DNA of 64,000 nt, from contig CAJINV010000001.1 of NCBI GenBank assembly GCA_905178155.1, positions 3,673,706 through 3,737,705 on the forward strand. Reading direction: 5' to 3'. Positions within the stretch are counted from its first letter, which is position 1. Every line of letters begins with the position of its first letter. Shown in pieces: positions 1 to 13,706 of this stretch. Both the position numbers and the translations under genes were made by a program. The notes beneath the pieces were generated by a model that ran no database searches, was not told the DNA's origin, and saw nothing but the letters and a program-made list of their open reading frames with translations. This DNA comes from Amoebophrya sp. A120 (taxonomy: Eukaryota; Protista; Dinoflagellata).

Positions 1-797
1 GCCATCATTGTTAACTGTCTTCGAGTTCGATGCGAAAATTGAGCAAAACTTGCAGTGTATCAAAGTTCAAAATGAAATTTGGCCGGCTGAGTGGTTCTTC
101 AACTACATACGTGAATACACCAATTACTAAATGCGGGAACAATATTTACAGCAGCCGTAGCAGAACTAAAATGAATGTAAGGTGTCTACTACTTGTTTGC
201 GCCTAAGGAACCACGACTATCACCGCACCGCTTGTGAGTACTACAGCTTTCATGCCGTCTTGTCGTTTTGATTTGATGTCGAAGATGAAGTTTTTAGTCA
301 TTTTGCCAGCTATTCGAGGAACAGGTCATGTTCCAAGCAGAACTGTGCGTGCTCGTAATCGTCGCAAGTTCCACTTTGTTTGCCCGATCGGTCCTCGTGA
401 AAAACGACATTGGGAACAGTCCGAAGATGTCGGTCTTTTGTCTCCGTTGTCATTGTTGGTGCAGTCGTTATTGATAATCTCTATCATTACCATTAGAGGC
501 GGTATCGTCGTGATTAGTCTCAGTCGTCAAGCCCTAAGGCACACTCTGTCGTGATCGTGCAGATTTTCGCAAAAGTAAACTAAAAATTTGTGATGTTTAC
601 TGACCTTTACCAGCAATGAATGAGATTTGATTCGTGACATTTCATCAGCAGGCCGTGTATTTTTTTGAAGGTTGGGAATGAGGCCGCACACGTATTTCTG
701 TCAGGTCGAGGCGTTCCGAAATTGAAATATTTCAGTCCGAAAGTTACTAGTACACTTACATCTTTATCCTGGTCATCCTCACGACTGACTCAAAAGT

Positions 798-3700
798 ATG
801 GACACGACTAGTACACAGCCTCAAGGCGGGCCGTTTTTCTGGCTGCTTCTAAGCGGCGAAGCGGAGCAGTATGTGCGTGCGATGGGCGAGAGAGATGATA
901 GTACAACGAGCAACGAGGGAAGCGGCGCAGCAGAGTGGCGTCAGGACCCCGCGGACGGTCGTTTCTACACTCTCGCCGAGACCATTGCATTCTACCGAGA
1001 CCAACTGGCGGACCTGACGGAAGCGAATGAAGCAGCCATTCAGGAAGAAGACATCTTCGCTTACTATCAAGCGGAGATGCGTCCGTGGGAAGGCCCGGCG
1101 ACGCGGGCGGAGCTGGAACGAGACGTGAGAGCGCTTCTGCAGTTGCCGGAAGAGTTACAGGATTCGCTATTGACGAACCTGTGCAGTGTCGTGCCCGCGG
1201 GTGTCAAGCTGGCCGAAAAGTTGGAAGCGGCTTTGACCTCCGTTTCTGTCTCTAGCAGTCATGGCGTCCGGGAGCAGGCTTCTTCTTCGAAGGCATCTTC
1301 TTCGTTGCATGTTGCCCCGCTTTGCTCGTCGGAGGTGGACCAACCTTTTCTAGTTTTGGATGAAAACGTGGTAAACGCTACGTTTCTTCCGGCTGAAGGC
1401 CACTTGACGGTCCGGGAATTAGCTTTGGAAGCCAGCAGTCTGGTACAACCGACGAGCGTGCCTTTGCTTACTGCAAATCAAGCCCGGGGGACCACAAGCT
1501 CACCGGTCGTGCGCAAGATCGAAGATGGGGTCGTGAGCGGGACGGGGCAGGATAGTAACCTGGAGGCCATGGTTAATATTTCCTCTAGAACACCGATTCT
1601 GGCCTATTACCCAGAAAACAGAGCTGCATCGGCAAGCGGAAGCAAGCAAGGTGATGTTAAGCAGAGCATTGCCTTCAACCTGGCGGATGCGGAGGTGGAA
1701 CGCGAGGCGGTTTCAGGGAAAATCGCAGCGGCGGACTTGGCGGACGCCAGTCTCACCGCGACGCGCGCGTTAGCTTCTGGCGTCGCGTCGCAGCTGCAGC
1801 CAAGCGAGGATGATCCCGGAGTGCAGACCGCGATGCTGCGGCGCAACACGGCGCGGGGCGCAGCAAGCGTTGTGATGTTCGGGGGCGCGCAGCGAGTGAA
1901 AAGCTCGCGAGCATCGTCGTCGGAAGACGGAACCTCGGTATTGTACTTACAATAAATACGAATTGTTCATCAAAGTAGCTGATCTTGAGGTTGAGTCTAT
2001 TTCTACTTCTGTACCTAGATCCCTTCTGATGTTGTACCCACGTTAAAAATCTTTCAGGACCTCCACCTCGACTTTGCACCGAAGCAAGCGAAGAGAGGCA
2101 AGGTTTCGCAGATCCAGCAGGCTGCGTTCTTGGCGCAACAGCAGAAAAGGCCGAGCTGGGAGCACCCCAACCGGCGCGACGGCGCGCTGAAATCTCTGGA
2201 CGAAAAGTCCTCGCGCCCCTCCGCGACGGCACGTATGATGCAGATCGGGGGTTTGCGGTCGCTGACCCGAACCCAGAGTGCCGCGGTGAGTGCGAGCGTG
2301 ACACAAGGACGCAACTCGGCCGCGCAGCGGAGGTCCAGTCGCAGTTCGCTCATGGTCGGGAAAAACATCGGGGCGCTCGAGGAGACACCCGCGCCGGCAA
2401 GTATGCCGGAAGTGAACAGGGAGTTTTCCCTGGAATCGCAACTCGACCGCTTGCAGAACGTGTTTGGGCGGGCGTTACAGGACGTAAACCACGTCCAGTT
2501 CCCCACGCTCGACGAGGATGAGCACCGGGAACACATCTATGAATTGCAAAAGTATCCCGTGCTCGTATAAATGCATTACAAATAATTTCATCAGCGTGAG
2601 AAATAAAGTTTGTAATGCAGATTTACCTTAAGGAACAGATTTGTAATGCATGACTGCAATTACTACGAAACGAGTGCGATACTTTTGCAGTTCACAACAT
2701 CCAATTGGAGGCGATTCTCCCGCCGGATTTCCTCGAGAAGCAAGAAGCGCTCGGGGAGAAAGCGTTGCATCTGACGAAGCGCTATCAAATGCAAAAGTGT
2801 CTGGGTCTGGAAATTTGTGATGCTGGGTGGCGTATCATGAGGCGGCCACAAGAGCTGGCCCAGCATGACAAGTTTTTGAGCTTCTAGTGGTTGCCTATTC
2901 TGCATGACAAACTGCGTTTCTGAATGACGGAAAAATGGGGCTCTTGGGTAACGTGCATGGCAGATTTAAGAGTCATGCCAGACAAGCATGACAAACATAC
3001 ATTCTTCCAGACCCAGACATACTTATTTGCATTTGATAAGCGCGTCGCCCACCGCATGTACCGGTTGGAGCTGGTCACGCGCAATTTCGAGCCGGACGCG
3101 AAGGACGTCACGCTGCTTCGTGAGGCGTTTCAGACCGCGATTGAGTTTGCGAACCAGAACCCGAAGCCGAATGTCCGGGTGCTGAAGGCGAACGTGTGTC
3201 GCGACGTGTGCGAAATGGTGATCCTCTTACTCCTGGAGTGCTTCTACAAGCAGAGGCCGCTCGAATATTTACTGGAGTACGAAAAGGAAGCAATGGCGAG
3301 AGGGCTGTACGATGATGATAACGGAACAGCAGCAAAAACCGCGGCTGCTACGTCCAAGGCTGGTGTTCTTGACGGAAAGAACGATAAAGAGCAAAAAAAG
3401 ATAAAGACCCGCCGCGGTTCCGTTACGGAAGATTTTGTCTCGCTGGACTTCAACAAGGTCCTCGGCCACATCCACAAGTCCGACCAGATCACGGCGGCCC
3501 ACCTCGACGAGGAGGAAAAACGCGCGAAGGAGCAGGCGTCGCTGTTGAAAATCGAGGTGGTCTCCGGCTCCGCGAAGAAGGACGCGACGCAGGCGGTGAA
3601 CCGGCTGTCTCCCTCCGCCTTCGGGCACAACATCGACGCCGTGGAGTGGGACCTGGCGGGCAGCGTGCGCGACGCCCCGCGGAGAAACGCCGCCGCGCTG

Positions 3701-6700
3701 ACCAAGCACATGAAAGCGGAGATGGGCTGCATGCTCTCCTTTTTGCGCGAGTACCGGTCCAACATCTTTTCCATGCTGCGGCGGCTGATGCGCAGCGCGA
3801 TTCTGGAGCACATGACGGAGGCGGTGGGCCAGGAGAACGCGGAGTTCGGGTTAAGGCAAATCACGGAGCGCCTGTTGTCTCTGGAGCAAACGACGATCGA
3901 GCAGCTCGGCGTGCCGAAATTCCACCACCGCCCGGCGGTCGTGCGGGATTTCTCGCAGTGCTACACCAAGCGAATGGGCCGCGGGCACGAGATCCAAACC
4001 GCTTTGTCGGATTTGTTCGGCAGTAGTTACACACTGGATCTCCACGCATTTGACGTGTTGCACCGGGCAACATCAACAAACAACACGACCGCGTCGGATG
4101 ATGTCGAGCAGCAGAGAAACAGCAGAAGCTCTTACGTCGACGAACAAGACGTCGCTACCTGGACGCGGGACCCGCACTACGATTGCCATGTGGACAAAGA
4201 GGGCGCGGACCCGTGGGACCTGGACGCGAGTGTGGCGTACCTAGTCGACCGCTGTGGCGACGACTGGCCGCAGATTTACGAGTACTTGAAAACCTTAACG
4301 AAGCGGGTCGGCGAGTTCGCCGCCCTGCACACCATATGAAATGCAAAAGCATCGTACTAGTATATAAATCGCATGACAAATCTCGTCAGCATAAGAAATA
4401 GAATTTGTAATGCGGGTTTGCCTTAAGAAAATGATTTGTAATGCATGAATGCGATTAGTACGACTACGATACTTTTGCACAGGATACACCAGCGGCGTGG
4501 TCCGGCAGACGTTGAAACCGCCGCGGGTGATATCCAAGAAAAAAACTGTGTAAGTGTAACTCTGTAATGCAGAACATGCAACAGAGTTACACGTGTAATG
4601 CCAGACAGCCATGAAGTCCTCTCTTCCTGTGTGTTTTCCCTTACAATCCACGCATGACAGCTTTTCTTTGATGTCATGTAGAGCAAATTTGTAATGCTGT
4701 CAACCAAAGAAAGTTACACTAACACAGTTTTTTTCTTGGATATGTGAGCTCCTGGTTCTCCCTGGAAGTGACCCCGTGCGGCTTGCGTTTCGATGCGAAG
4801 CGGGCGGACGAACTGAAGAGCTTCCTGGCGGACTTGATGCACCGCTGCATGGACCACTTCCAGATCCGCAAGCGGACGGCGGTATGCATTGCAAATATGT
4901 CTGGGTCTGGAACAGTGGAACCAACTTGTGATGCGTGTCTTGCATTCCTGGAAAATCTGTGTTGCATGAGCAGCAAAAGTAGAGGAGCTTCCTTTGTCAT
5001 GCAAAAACGCAATTTGTGATGCGTGCTAGGCATCAGCAGGCGTCTCAGAAACTTGTCATGCTTGGCTGCCATTGCAAGCGCCTCAACCATGCTCAATTCA
5101 GCATCACAGGTTTCCAGACCCAGACATATATATTTGCAGTGCATAGGCGGCCAACCGATTTTACCTGGCGCACCTGCTCGCGGAGTATCACACGTTCCAG
5201 GAGGTGCTCGGGAACGATCTGGACCGGCACACGGATTTTCTGATCGCTATGTCCGAGTACGGGTACGCCCGGCGGCTGCAAGTCAAACCCGCGGACATGG
5301 AGCAGGACGTGCAGTTGCTTCGGACGCACGTACGCAAGAAAAAAACTGTGTAAGTGTAAGTTTGTGTTGCAGAACATGCAACAGAGTTACACCTGTCATG
5401 CCAGACAGCCACGAAGTCCTCTTTTCAACTGTGTTTTCCCTTACAAGCCACGCAGGACAGGTTCTCTCTTTCAATTTGTGATGCTGTTTCCCAAAGAAAG
5501 TCACACTTACACACTTTTTTTCCTGGATAGCACGCCAAGCAGGTCCAGTACTGCATGCCGCACTGGAACGTGCGGTGCTGGGCGCGGGGGCGGGCGCGCG
5601 GCAGTATCGTGGTGGTGATCAAATCGAGGGAGGGGGCTTTGCTGTCGAAAGGAGATGGCAGCAAGGCTAGCAGCAGTGAAAAAGACAACGGGAACAACGA
5701 TGTTGATAAGGCGGATGAGCTCGAAGACTTCCACGACATGCTGGAAATGCACGAGGAGACGACGAAACTGCGGAAATCTCTGAAGTCCATGGGGGAGCAG
5801 TTTGAACTTCCGGATGAGGTCGGCATGTTGGACTCCGACCTAGAGGACGTGGACGACGCTCCCGTCGGTGTCGTCTCGTTGTGCGCCCCCCCGCCCTGGC
5901 CGTTGGCGGCGATGGGCCGCGAGGAGCAGGAGGCGGAGCCGGTGATCACGCTGGCGAGGTACGAATCCTGGCTTGACACGGTGGGAATTCGCTCCAACCG
6001 CGACAAAATGCCGAGCTTTTTGCGGCACGTGGAGACCGGGACGGCGGACGTGGAAACGTTTTCGACGGGAGTCTTCAACACCAAACAGCAATTATTCGTC
6101 TATTTGATTCTGCTACTGCAGCAAATCGAGGTCCAGCAGCGCCACTGCCCTGCCTTCGTGAACCAGTGGCAGCGGACGTTTTTGCAGGATCTGTTCCCCC
6201 TCGCGATGGCGGACGAAAGTGTGTCATCTCCGGATTTGCGGAACGAGATGCTGCCGTACCTGATGAACCAGGTGTTTGCCATCACGCCGGAGATGCGACA
6301 GACGCTGCTGGACACGGCGAACGAGACCTTGAAGAAACTGGATTTGCTCCTCGACGCGACCGGCTTCCCTTTGGTGGTCGACGACGAGGAGCTGAACGCG
6401 GACGCCGAGGACGCCGCCGGCGCAACCGAGTCGCAAGAGGAGGCCGAAGCTGCGCACTTTGAGGAAGAGGAAAAGCGAAAAATGCTCCTGCGCGGACGCA
6501 TGGCGGCCCCGTACGAGTGGTCCAATCCGTTTACGTCTCGGAATACCGCGCAAACCGCCGCGAAGCAACCGGCCTTCACCGTGGCGAAGGCAGCTTCGAA
6601 GCCGGTCATGAACCAAAATCCGCTTGCCGATGGTGCAACTCCCGCAGCTGCGTCCGCGGAGGGGGAGAAGCCGCAACTGCCTAGCAGCCTGAACCAGCAC

Positions 6701-9700
6701 CGGGGTCGCAGTGACTACAAGCCGAAGGACGTGCAGGCGCAGATTCGTGGCGGCTGGAGCTATACCCGGCAGGCGCATTTCCTGTCACATTTTACGCGGA
6801 TCCGGCAGAACTTGCAGCAAGTGGTTGTCGATGTAGTAGGGACCAGCGATCCCGTGAACTACTTCGCAGCGTTTCTCGTGCTGTGCTCCTTGCTGCAAAA
6901 CCGCGCGGGTACGGTGGAACGCAAGCGCCGCACGCAGGTCCTGGTCCTGTTGAAGTTCCTGCTCGCGCGCTTGAACTTCCCCGTGGCGCTGTTCGGGGAT
7001 TCCACCCAGGAAAGCGACGAGGACGGGGATGGGGCCGTCAGTTCCGAAGTGGACGCGCGCAGGGTGTGCTTTTTGGATTTGACGGTTGAGTCCGGCGCAT
7101 CGCAGGAGGAGTTCGCGGCGCGCAGAAGAAATGCCGCCGTGGAGGTTCTCCGGGACACGTGGGACCAAATTCTGCACTTGCGGCTCGGCCGCGAAGACCG
7201 GTGGCGCACGGAGATCATGATGCAGGCGTGGTTGATGAAAATTGATTTGCTGCAAATCGAAAACGTGCTGAGCACCCAGACGTCCTCGCAGTTCTCTGAC
7301 GTTCTGACCTCCTCGCTGCTGATGACCGAGGAGCAAATTCGTGCGCGACTGATTACCGAGGGCGCCGGGCGGATCGCGCTGGATTTGGCCAAGGCGAAAT
7401 CCCTGCTGATGGACGGCGGCGCGGCCACCATGGTGTTGGAAACGAGTCCGGACCAAGATTTAGTCCACACGGAAGATGGAACCATTACGTTAGACCCGCG
7501 CTTCATCCCAAATCCGAAAGATGCGGAGACCGCCCTGGGCAAGGAACTTTTCATGCGGTCCCAGTGCGGGCGGCTGAATGCCGGGGGTATGATCCTCGGC
7601 GAGTGCCTGCAGCGGCACACGATGGTGCACAACTTGTTGAGGTCCGGTAATCACGACTGCCAGAGTGTTTTCGAATGCTACCTGCTCTACTGCATGGGCT
7701 TGGAGGGCGCGCTGACAATCAATACTTCGGCGATGGGAGGTATAAAGGATACAGAAGCTCTTCTTGTGCGCTGCGACAATGTCGATTTTCTTATTTCATC
7801 CTTTGAAGATGAAGCTTGGGTAGCTACTGCTATCGATCATAGTTCCTTACTAAAGTTGTAGAAGGGAGTGAAGACGCAACTCTCGTACCATAGAGATAAA
7901 TTTCGCAAAATTTTTCTCCTCAGGCCGACCTCCTCCGTCACTCAGTCGCGTTCTCTCCCTGAAGCGTGAGATGCACCTGCTGTTGATGGAGCTTTGTCAC
8001 GTGTTGCGGGCCGTCCACGGGGAACGGCCGATTGCGCCCTGGCGAAAGAGGTGCGAGCTTGTTCTCGGGTTCAAACCCTTGAACAGCAGCGACATGCAGC
8101 AATTGGAACTTTTCATGCAGCCCCTGCACGACACGGGCGATGAAAGCGCGGCGAAGAAAATTCTTCTCAACCTGGTCGGCATCGGTCGGGGAAACAAAGT
8201 AAACGCGGACCGACAGGACTTGGACATTCTCTCTCGCGCGAAGATCGTTTCCGAGGCAGTTTCGCATGCGCTACATTTAGTGCAGCCAGTTAACTGGAAC
8301 AATGAGCGGGAAGAGTACGGTGCTTTGTCCGTGGCGCAGCTGTGCAGCGTGACCTGCGAGGTCTTTCAGGTACTGATGGACAGCATGAATCAGGAGCCGT
8401 CAACGAACAGTAACTTTGTCCAGAAGGATCACTTAGACCAACAAGCAAATCCTGCTGCTGGAGGTGGTGCTCTTACATCATCGCCAACATCCTCGGCCGG
8501 CGGGGCCACGGCTATCAGTGCCGCGACGACGGCGAAGGAAGAGGCGAACCCGACGGAGGCGCAGCTTTTGAAACTGGACGGGGTGTTGATGCGGACCCCG
8601 GCGATCGTCGAGCTGTTCACGCGGCTCCGCGACGCGTGCCTGATGCAGCTGCACGAGCGGCTGCACTGGGTCACGAAGACGGAGGCGAAGAAGGGCGCGG
8701 ACCCGGAGGCCGACGACGTGCAGCGGGTGGCGATGACGGCGCTGGAGATTACGGACGATTTCTCCTACATAACTTCCGCACCGGAGGACTTTGCGTCGAA
8801 GAAACTGCAGCAACTGCTCGACTGGCACAAGCAGTTCTACCAGGAGGGCAACCCCTCTTCCGACTCAGAGCGGGACAGCCGGGGAAGTAGTAGTGCCTCC
8901 TCGTCCTCCTCCGCGGACCACTTCACCTCTGACGTTGTGATGGACCGATTGCAGGAGAAAGCGAATGAGGCCTGGAACAATTTACCTGCAATGGAGCGGT
9001 TGAAGGTTTTGCGCGCAAACAGTTCTTCGAAAGATTCTGAACTCCCCGGCGTGGAGGCGGTTGTCAGCTTTGTCCTGGACACCTGCAAGATTTGCCCCAA
9101 CAGCGGCTGCATGCTGTTACTCGCGTGCTGCTCCGCGGTGAAAGATCAACTGGAACGCAATTTGTGGAACAAAACCACTTTCGCTTTACCGGAAACCCTC
9201 GAGTGGCTGCCCAATCTGGGCGAAGACCTCTCGTACTACGAGGCCATGCTGCCCGCGAACGCAGCCGAGATGTCCATGGACGAAAGGCAGAATGCAATTG
9301 CAGCGACGATGGCGAGAGTAGGCAATAGAGATGCGGCAGAACCGGAGGATCTTTTGGGCGACCGCGGGGTTTTTGTGCCCGGCGGGGAAAATAAGCAAAA
9401 AGCACAAGGAATAACCGGAGGTTTTGCCAACAATAAATTCGTGACGAACAAAGAAGACCTGTACGCGGCCGAAACCCTGCAGGAGGTCCAATCCGACGAA
9501 GTTTTGAAGTATTGGAAGACGCGACAGCAGGTCTTGCAGAACGCCCACGCGTTCTTCGAGATTGTGGTGAACCTGATTTGCGAAAAGTTCTCCCCTATCA
9601 ACTGTAAAAGTGTCTGGGTCTGAAAACTTGTGATGCTAAAATGTGCATGATGAAAACACTTCCGAATGCAGTCCGGCATGACAACTTCCCAAAACGCTTT

Positions 9701-12700
9701 CTCATAGGCAATCCGCATGAGAAACTGCGTTTTTGAATGACAAAAGAGGCTGCGACTTTTGTTGGTTACGCAATACAGATTTTCTAGGTATGGAAAGTTA
9801 GCATTACAAGTTCCAACCTTCCAGACCCAGACATTTTTACAATCCATATCCCCCGTCCCCCGCCACCAGGAACTCTTCTCCGCCTGTTTCCGCGGGAACC
9901 AGCTCGCTCGGGAGGATCTGCTGCGGCTGTGTCGGGCCGTCATCGAGCCGGAAAAGCACGCCGTGGACGATAAGTGGTTTCTGGAATTGTCCCGGTTGGC
10001 GTACGTCGCGTTTCACAACCACAAACGGGCTGATGACGCGTATCTGCTCGAGGACTTGAACCTCGGCCTGCTGGCGTCCGAAGTGGACCGCGTGGCGCAC
10101 AAGCTGGAGCTCCCGCAGATGGTCGATCGGCATCTGAAGGCGAGGTTGCTGGCGTTCGCGACGGTCGCGCTGGGAGCCGCAAGGCCGGAGTTTTCGCCCG
10201 AGTTCTCAAAGGTCATCGGGGCTCCGATCGCGAGGTACAAACCGCCAGAATGGAAGGGAGGTATTGTTTTGCTCTGGTCGTTTTCGTTTTCCTAAAGGTA
10301 TCTATGCGTATGTAAAGTCAGAAACCAAACCGAGGTGCCAATGTTGTAAGTACAGAATTGCTCCAGCTCCTTCTCGCACACGCACTCGCACCGTCTCTCC
10401 GTACGCTTTCTTCGTTCGTCTTTTCTTTCGTAGAAAGTTCCACCTGCGTTTCACTGAATTCGTATCGCTCGGTCTCTTTTTCCTCGTACACAAATGCGCG
10501 TCGTTCGTACGAATTAGCCTGCGTTCCAAAAGCACGTGGTACTCGTTCTTGGATAGTAAGGTTTTCGAGGATAATCAGAACATTTGCTATTAACTTCGTG
10601 TCGTTTATTTCGTTTACCAGTTGGTTCAATCTCACTCTCAGCAGGCGTGTGTTATCCCCTCTTGCAGCTCAACAATAGGTTTATGTCCGACCCCCTTTGA
10701 CACTAGAAAAACAAAAATCATAAACAAATAAAAGTTTCCGGCTGCGTGGTTGTCCGAGCGATTGAGACCCTGTTGACCCTGGACGTGCACCTGTTTACCT
10801 CGTTGATATTGAGGGGAAAAATCCCCCCTCCCCATATTGAAAAGGTATGTTTCCAAAAATTTGCGTTGCGGATTTGAGGTCACAAATCATGTCTGTCTTG
10901 CAAGAAGACAAGGACAGAAGCTTCCGCCCCATTATCGAAGCGGTTTGTCATGCTGTCGGGCCTAAAGGGGGGCGCTTGCCGTGCTGAACTACTAGACCCA
11001 TACGCCCCTACCTAGCCTGGGGATCTGGCCGCAGTGCCTCTCTGCAATACAAAGCTGATTTGTGGCCACAAATCAGCATCACAAATTTCCTTTTTGATAT
11101 GGGGAGGGGGGATTTTTCCTTTTCATAGTTGAAGCACGAAAACCTGACCCACGCCATCCAGCAGCTGGAGAGCAGTCGAGCCCGATCTGCAAAGGAGCAG
11201 CAGCAGTTTCTGTCTTCCTTGTTGCACCACCCAACACAAACCCTGTTCTACTACCCAGACAAGACGAGCAGCAGCTCCAATAGTTGTACAGCTTTGAAGA
11301 AAAATCATCAAGTGAAGCAGCGGTGGGTCCGGGCCTTGGCGAAAGTTTCCGCATTGCGGGCTGCGGGTATTGAGTTTTCCGAGGTGACGGAGGAGGTGCT
11401 GGATTGGTTGTCCGGACTGGATGCGATCGGTGCTGAGGAACAAGTTTTAGACAACTCCTCGGATCTTCAGGAGGAGCAACCAGTTTTTCAGCCACGGAGT
11501 ACTATGCTCTTTTTCCCGGAACAAGATACAACCACCGAAGCAGATACCACCTCCAAGGCAGCTGTCGAGCAGCCCCGTAGCGAATCGCCAGAACCCACCC
11601 CCGATCCGGCCACCGGGCCTAGCGACATCGGTTCCTTGCGGTCCTACGCTCGGAAAAGTCTGCGCCACAGCGCCACGGTTCAGCTGCAACTAGAGCAGGC
11701 GGAAAGCGCGCCAGCGGTCAATCCAGTTTCTGTTGGGGCAGGGATTGTCCCGGGATTGGCGCTCGAGGAGAACCTCCCCCCGAAACCGACTGTTGACTAC
11801 AAGGAGGATACGGGCTCTCTAGTCGCGCCTCCTGTCGCCGCAAGAACACCGAGCAATAGCAATACTGCGGTTGTCGCTGCGGAAATCAGTAAGACCACCA
11901 CTGTATCTGCTTCCAAAGCCGCTCCATTCGCTCCTGCTGCCCGTGTGGTGGAAAATTCGCCGCTGATGGCATCCGCGGAAGCTGCGTCCATAATTCCGGC
12001 GCCGGCCAAGCGCAAGTCCGCCCTAGTTGCCAAGAAGAACCGTGCGCAGGAACTGTCCTCGCAGATCTCGCAAATGAAAACGACCAACGGAGTAAATAGT
12101 AACGCGGCTTCTGCAGCCAGTTTTGCGAAGCAAGACGCGACAACCATTATGGCTCCCGAGGACCGGAGCGCGGCTCTGATGCAGCAGCGATTGCGTGATG
12201 CAGAGCTTGCCGCCGGGCAATTGGAGAACAAAAACGCTACGGTCGAGCAGAACCTGACGAACCTCCTGGGGTACCACCACCAGTCGTTTCTCCGGGAAGT
12301 GGTTTTCCCCAACGTGGCGACGCAAAGGAAGCTGGAGAAGGTGCTGGAAGATCGGAAATCCACGAGAAGCCAGTTTGACGAGTACGACTTTGACGACGCC
12401 GCGGCGTTCGACCGCGCAAACAAGATTCTGAACGACGACAACCAACTCTCTTTGCTCTTGCTCCGGGGAAAAGAACTGCAAGCCCGTGCGGACCGCGAGC
12501 GTTTACACGCGGAGTCGACCGGGGAAAGGCTGAGACTTCTCCGCGGAATGCTGGATGAGTACGAGATGTCCAACCACGTCGACGCGGACGCGTTGAGAGA
12601 TCGGGTGCTGGGCGGCATGCAGAGGCTGAAAGAGGATCTGGAGCTCGAATACGACAGAAACGGGCGTATGGCGACGGGCAGGATGCACGAGATGATGAAG

Positions 12701-12940
12701 AAAGCGCTGCAATCCGCCGCGATCCATGTTGCGGTCATCGAAGGCAGGCAGTATCAAGAAAAGGAGATCGAGAAGCAGGATGCGGCGAAGGGGGAGAGAC
12801 TGAAGAGTCTCGCGACGCAGGCAAGGGAGGCGCAGATGAAGTTCTTGACGTCGACAGACAACATCTGGGGACGACTGTCGAACAAGGACGCAAATCGTGC
12901 TGCAGTTTTGCAGAAAGCACGAGCTTTTGAAAAGAAATAG
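798..12940 (+). CDS. Large hypothetical protein (~3169 aa model) split by 8 TIR elements and 3 GT-AG introns
   Basis: Model exons: 798-1937, 2058-2537, 2702-2782, 3044-4334, 4492-4530, 4748-4882, 5151-5330, 5535-7739, 7924-9595, 9854-10260, 10735-10806, 11133-12940. They sum to 9510 nt and give one open frame joining the ORFs at 798, 2130, 2705, 2924, 4744, 5555, 7971, 9759 and 11129. GT-AG introns: 1938-2057, 7740-7923, 10261-10734 (last acceptor uncertain). Helical/coiled-coil character; no family recognised. Confidence 0.7.
2538..2696. mobile_element. Introner-like TIR element E1 (family B)
   Basis: TIR TATGAATTGCAAAAGTATC / GATACTTTTGCAGTTCACA; TSD ACATC at 2533-2537 and 2697-2701; removal gives EHI|QLEAILPP in frame. 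Confidence 0.9.
2783..3038. mobile_element. Introner-like TIR element E2 (family A)
   Basis: TIR TATCAAATGCAAAAGTGTCTGGGTCTGGAA / TTCCAGACCCAGACA...TTTGCATTTGATA; TSD AGCGC; removal gives LTKR|VAHRMY. Confidence 0.92.
4335..4486. mobile_element. Introner-like TIR element E3 (family B)
   Basis: TIR TATGAAATGCAAAAGCATCG / CGATACTTTTGCACAGGATA; TSD CACCA; interior resembles E1; frame restored (ALHT-S-GVVRQ). Confidence 0.9.
4531..4742. mobile_element. Introner-like TIR element E4 (family C)
   Basis: TIR TATCCAAGAAAAAAACTGTGTAAGTGTAAC / GTTACACTAACACAGTTTTTTTCTTGGATA; TSD GGTGA/TGTGA (4/5); frame restored (PPRV-S-SWFSL). Confidence 0.9.
4883..5145. mobile_element. Introner-like TIR element E5 (family A, interior reversed relative to E2)
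   Basis: TIR TATGCATTGCAAATATGTCTGGGTCTGGAA / TTCCAGACCCAGACATATATATTTGCAGTGCATA; TSD GGCGG; frame restored (RKRTA-A-NRFYL). Confidence 0.92.
5331..5529. mobile_element. Introner-like TIR element E6 (family C)
   Basis: TIR TACGCAAGAAAAAAACTGTGTAAGTGT / ACACTTACACACTTTTTTTCCTGGATA; TSD GCACG; interior similar to E4; frame restored into ORF 5555. Confidence 0.9.
9596..9848. mobile_element. Introner-like TIR element E7 (family A)
   Basis: TIR TATCAACTGTAAAAGTGTCTGGGTCTGAAA / TTCCAGACCCAGACATTTTTACAATCCATA; TSD TCCCC; frame restored (EKFS-P-VPRHQ). Confidence 0.9.
10807..11127. mobile_element. Introner-like TIR element E8 (family G, single copy here)
   Basis: TIR TATTGAGGGGAAAAATCCCCCCTCCCATATTGAAAAGG / CCTTTTTGATATGGGGAGGGGGGATTTTTCCTTTTCATA; TSD GTTGA; GCATCACA at 11076; frame restored (HLFTSL-K-HENLT). 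Confidence 0.85.
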
Positions 12941-13706
12941 AGAAGACTTTCACGTATAGGCTTTTTTTTCAGATTGAAATGGCATTTTTGATGGAGAACC
13001 AAGACTGTTTGACAAACTTCATAAGTATGTTTTTTTGCGAAAAATCACGTTGCAGTTGTACCGTGTATCTATGAACACAATTCGTTAAAGTAGCAACAGA
13101 AAGGCTTTCATGTAGTTCATTCATCCAAGAAGACAGCGATAGCAATCCACCTTAAATTCAGGTTTCTTTTTTTCTAAATCAGACACAAATCTCTGACTCT
13201 GTACACTAAATTTTCTTCGCAATTCATTGTAAAATTTCCTTCTACGCAAACGCATTCTAGTAGTGCTTTGGGTTTGGTGCCAAAGTTATCTTTCCTGTGT
13301 ATCTACCAATTGGAAACTTCTGACTTTGACTAGTTTACATCGGGTAAAAATAAGTTTAAGCATCGCAAAGCCGCATCGTAGTTGTAAGGGTTGCTTGCCG
13401 AGGCCGAGGGCATTCGATTGCTTCGCTTCTTTTGTTTGGTGTGCATGGTCGTTTTTTGGATTTCAATTGGAATCTTTGCTTTTTTGGATTGCAAGCACAA
13501 GCGGAGCGCACTTTCCATCGAGAGACAAAATTGACAGTAAGCGAGGGCAGTGAGTGGCTTCAGAGTTGATCGGAGAGTTTCTTTGTTGTTACTCGGTGTG
13601 AAAGTAGTTCATTGAGTTTGCGGATCAGTTTCTCTGTCACTCAGAACTTTGTGATAAGTACGTAAAACAAAAAACCTTTTTATCAGTCAAAGGTAAGCGA
13701 AACATC